Position numbers and translations under genes: made by a program. The notes below the pieces were generated by a model. That model worked only from the letters and a program-made list of their open reading frames with translations. It ran no database searches and was not told where the DNA came from. From Gemmatimonadales bacterium (GTDB taxonomy: Bacteria; Gemmatimonadota; Gemmatimonadetes; Gemmatimonadales; GWC2-71-9), in assembly GCA_041615815.1 (NCBI GenBank), contig JBFJCP010000010.1, positions 2,856 to 66,855 of the forward strand: a DNA stretch of 64,000 bases, written 5' to 3'. Of the stretch, positions 62,396 through 64,000 are shown one piece after another. How positions within the stretch are numbered: position 1 is the stretch's first letter; the number at the start of each line of letters is the position of its first letter.

Positions 62396-63073
62396 ATGAC
62401 GGATATATGGATCAATCGGCTGTCCGAGTACGTGGATCGAGAGCTCGACCCAGCAGACGAGGGTGCTCTCGAGGCCCATCTCGCGGAGTGTCAGCGCTGC
62501 CGGGCCACGGTGGAAGAGCTGCGGGGGGTCGTGGCCAGGGCTCGAGGCCTCGAGGACCGACCGCCGCTCAACGACCTGTGGTCGGGGATCGCGGGCCGGA
62601 TTGCTGGAAAACGCGTTCCCGCCGCCGTGGTGGATCTGGGGACGGCGCGCCGGCGGCGCATCGCGTTTTCCGTGCCGCAGCTCCTGGCAGCGGGCATTGC
62701 GTTGATGGCGGTATCGGGCGGTGCGGTATGGCTGGCCATCCGCGCACCGGTGGCCACGCAGACTCCGGTGGCGGTCGAGGGGGTGGCTCCCAATGCGATG
62801 ACCGCGCGGCCGGTCCTCGCCGCCGACGAATACGATTCGGCCATTGCGGAACTGGAACACGTCCTGCGCGAACATCGCGATCAATTGGATCCCGAGACGG
62901 TGGCGACGCTGACCGAGAGCGTCGCGGCGATCGACCGCGCGATCGAGGAGGCCCAAGCCGCCCTCGTATCGGATCCGGCCAACGCCTATCTCAACAACCA
63001 TCTTGCGGACACGATGCGTCGCAAGATTCACGTACTGAGCCGGGCGGCGGCGCTCGTCCGGACCGCGAGCTGA
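62396..63073 (+). CDS. zf-HC2 anti-sigma factor (single-pass)
   Basis: LSEYVDRELDPADEGALEAHLAECQRCRATVEEL (H-x3-C-x2-C), TM LLAAGIALMAVSGGAVWLAI. Confidence 0.8.
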   Translation: MTDIWINRLSEYVDRELDPADEGALEAHLAECQRCRATVEELRGVVARARGLEDRPPLNDLWSGIAGRIAGKRVPAAVVDLGTARRRRIAFSVPQLLAAGIALMAVSGGAVWLAIRAPVATQTPVAVEGVAPNAMTARPVLAADEYDSAIAELEHVLREHRDQLDPETVATLTESVAAIDRAIEEAQAALVSDPANAYLNNHLADTMRRKIHVLSRAAALVRTAS

Positions 63074-63114
63074 TGGTGAGGAGTGAAACCGATGCTGGCG
63101 GAGGAGAGTAGGGT

Positions 63115-63978
63115 ATGCTAACGGCGGTAGTGGGCGGTTTCGTCCTGAGCCTCGCGCTGGTCCAACAGACCGACACCGTGGTGACGGTCCGTCCAGATGC
63201 TCGTCTCGAGGTGGGTGGGTTGGGGGGTGAGGTGGTGGTGCGGACGTGGGATCGAACCAACCAAATGCGGGTGGTGGCGTATCACTCGAGTCAGTCGACC
63301 GTCGAGATTCGGTCCGGTGTATCGAGCGTACGGCTCGAAGCCAAGTCTCGCCGGGGCGTTCCTCGATCCGTCGAATACCAAGTCACCGTGCCGAGGACGA
63401 TGGACGTCGAGGTGAACGGCACGTTCATGGATGCGGACATTCGAGGTGTGCAGGGGAGTGTGGCTGTCGAGACCGTGCAAGGCGATGTGCGGGTGGAAGG
63501 TGGGGCTCGATACGTCCGCGCCGTGTCGGTCCAGGGCGATGTCGAGGTCCAGGGAGCACGGGGCCGGGTGTTCGTGGAAACGGTCAACGGGACTCTGCGG
63601 GTGCGGAACGTCGTCGGGGAGGTCCGGGCCGAGACGGTCAACGGGGGGCTCTTTTTGGAAGGAATCGACGCCCGGTCGGTCGAGGCCGCAACGGTGAATG
63701 GTGAGATCGTCTACGACGGCACGATATCCGACGGAGGCCGGTACTCGTTCAATACACACAACGGCGATCTCACAGTATCGGTGCCGGAGCGAGCCAACGT
63801 GACGATCTCGGTATCGACGTTCAACGGAGACTTCGAATCGGACTTCCCTGTCACCATCACGGGGACGAGGGGAAAGCGCTTCAACTTCACGCTGGGCTCC
63901 GGCAGCGCGCGTTTGGAGCTGGAGTCGTTCGGCGGGAGCATTCGTTTGCGCCGTCCCGGGACTGGCCGGCGGCGTTGA
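63115..63978 (+). CDS. DUF4097-family beta-helical putative adhesin
   Basis: N-terminal TM/signal. Repeated V(E/Q)TV(N/Q)G(D/T/E)(V/L/I) strands: VETVQGDVRV, VSVQGDVEV, VETVNGTLRV, AETVNGGLFL, AATVNGEIVY, VSTFNGDFES, ESFGGSIRL. Confidence 0.7.
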   Translation: MLTAVVGGFVLSLALVQQTDTVVTVRPDARLEVGGLGGEVVVRTWDRTNQMRVVAYHSSQSTVEIRSGVSSVRLEAKSRRGVPRSVEYQVTVPRTMDVEVNGTFMDADIRGVQGSVAVETVQGDVRVEGGARYVRAVSVQGDVEVQGARGRVFVETVNGTLRVRNVVGEVRAETVNGGLFLEGIDARSVEAATVNGEIVYDGTISDGGRYSFNTHNGDLTVSVPERANVTISVSTFNGDFESDFPVTITGTRGKRFNFTLGSGSARLELESFGGSIRLRRPGTGRRR

Positions 63979-64000
63979 TGCGGTTGCGTATCTTCGATCA

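Overview
GC-rich bacterial chromosomal window. Gene content and protein signatures are reminiscent of Gemmatimonadota-like organisms, but I cannot verify the taxon here. I found no rRNA, tRNA, CRISPR array, transposase or integrase. I call about 65 CDS, mostly in tightly packed operons with many 4-nt ATGA/GTGA/TTGA start-stop overlaps. Two caveats on the ORF track: a leading M can stand for a GTG or TTG start, and many long listed ORFs are antisense or alternate-frame shadows typical of high-GC DNA. Layout: (1) 1-9.7 kb holds ABC exporters, a Tat-signal amidase, an exported protein-isoaspartate methyltransferase, a membrane-fused spermidine-synthase-like protein, an RCK K+ channel and DUF302. 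(2) 9.98-13.8 kb is a caa3-type cytochrome c oxidase operon. (3) 14.99-30.35 kb is the stand-out: a 17-gene same-strand cluster. It runs Mrp Fe-S carrier, Zn-ribbon protein, ferredoxin, tandem-USP protein and NirJ/AhbD-like radical SAM/SPASM enzyme, with four copies of one ~50-aa PCP_red-like motif spread over three of these. Then come a CydA-only cytochrome bd homologue, three c-type cytochromes (one fused to an EB_dh haem-b domain), a cupredoxin-like lipoprotein, a second aa3-type oxidase, haem O synthase and two tiny TM peptides. (4) htrA and dnaK; htrA is flanked by a split 21-nt repeat. (5) Rhomboid protease, two BMC-P (EutN/CcmL) vertex proteins and a DeoC aldolase with an encapsulation-peptide-like N-terminus, with no shell hexamer in the window. 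(6) phoU-pstBBACS with a Pho-box candidate, plus phoR/phoB. (7) A translationally coupled nucleotidase, beta-grasp, add and nupC operon, plus PNP. (8) Two ECF sigma/anti-sigma modules, one with HEAT-repeat proteins and one with DUF4097. (9) M48 protease, DUF2071, thiD with a cN-II-like nucleotidase, trmH and a prepilin peptidase.
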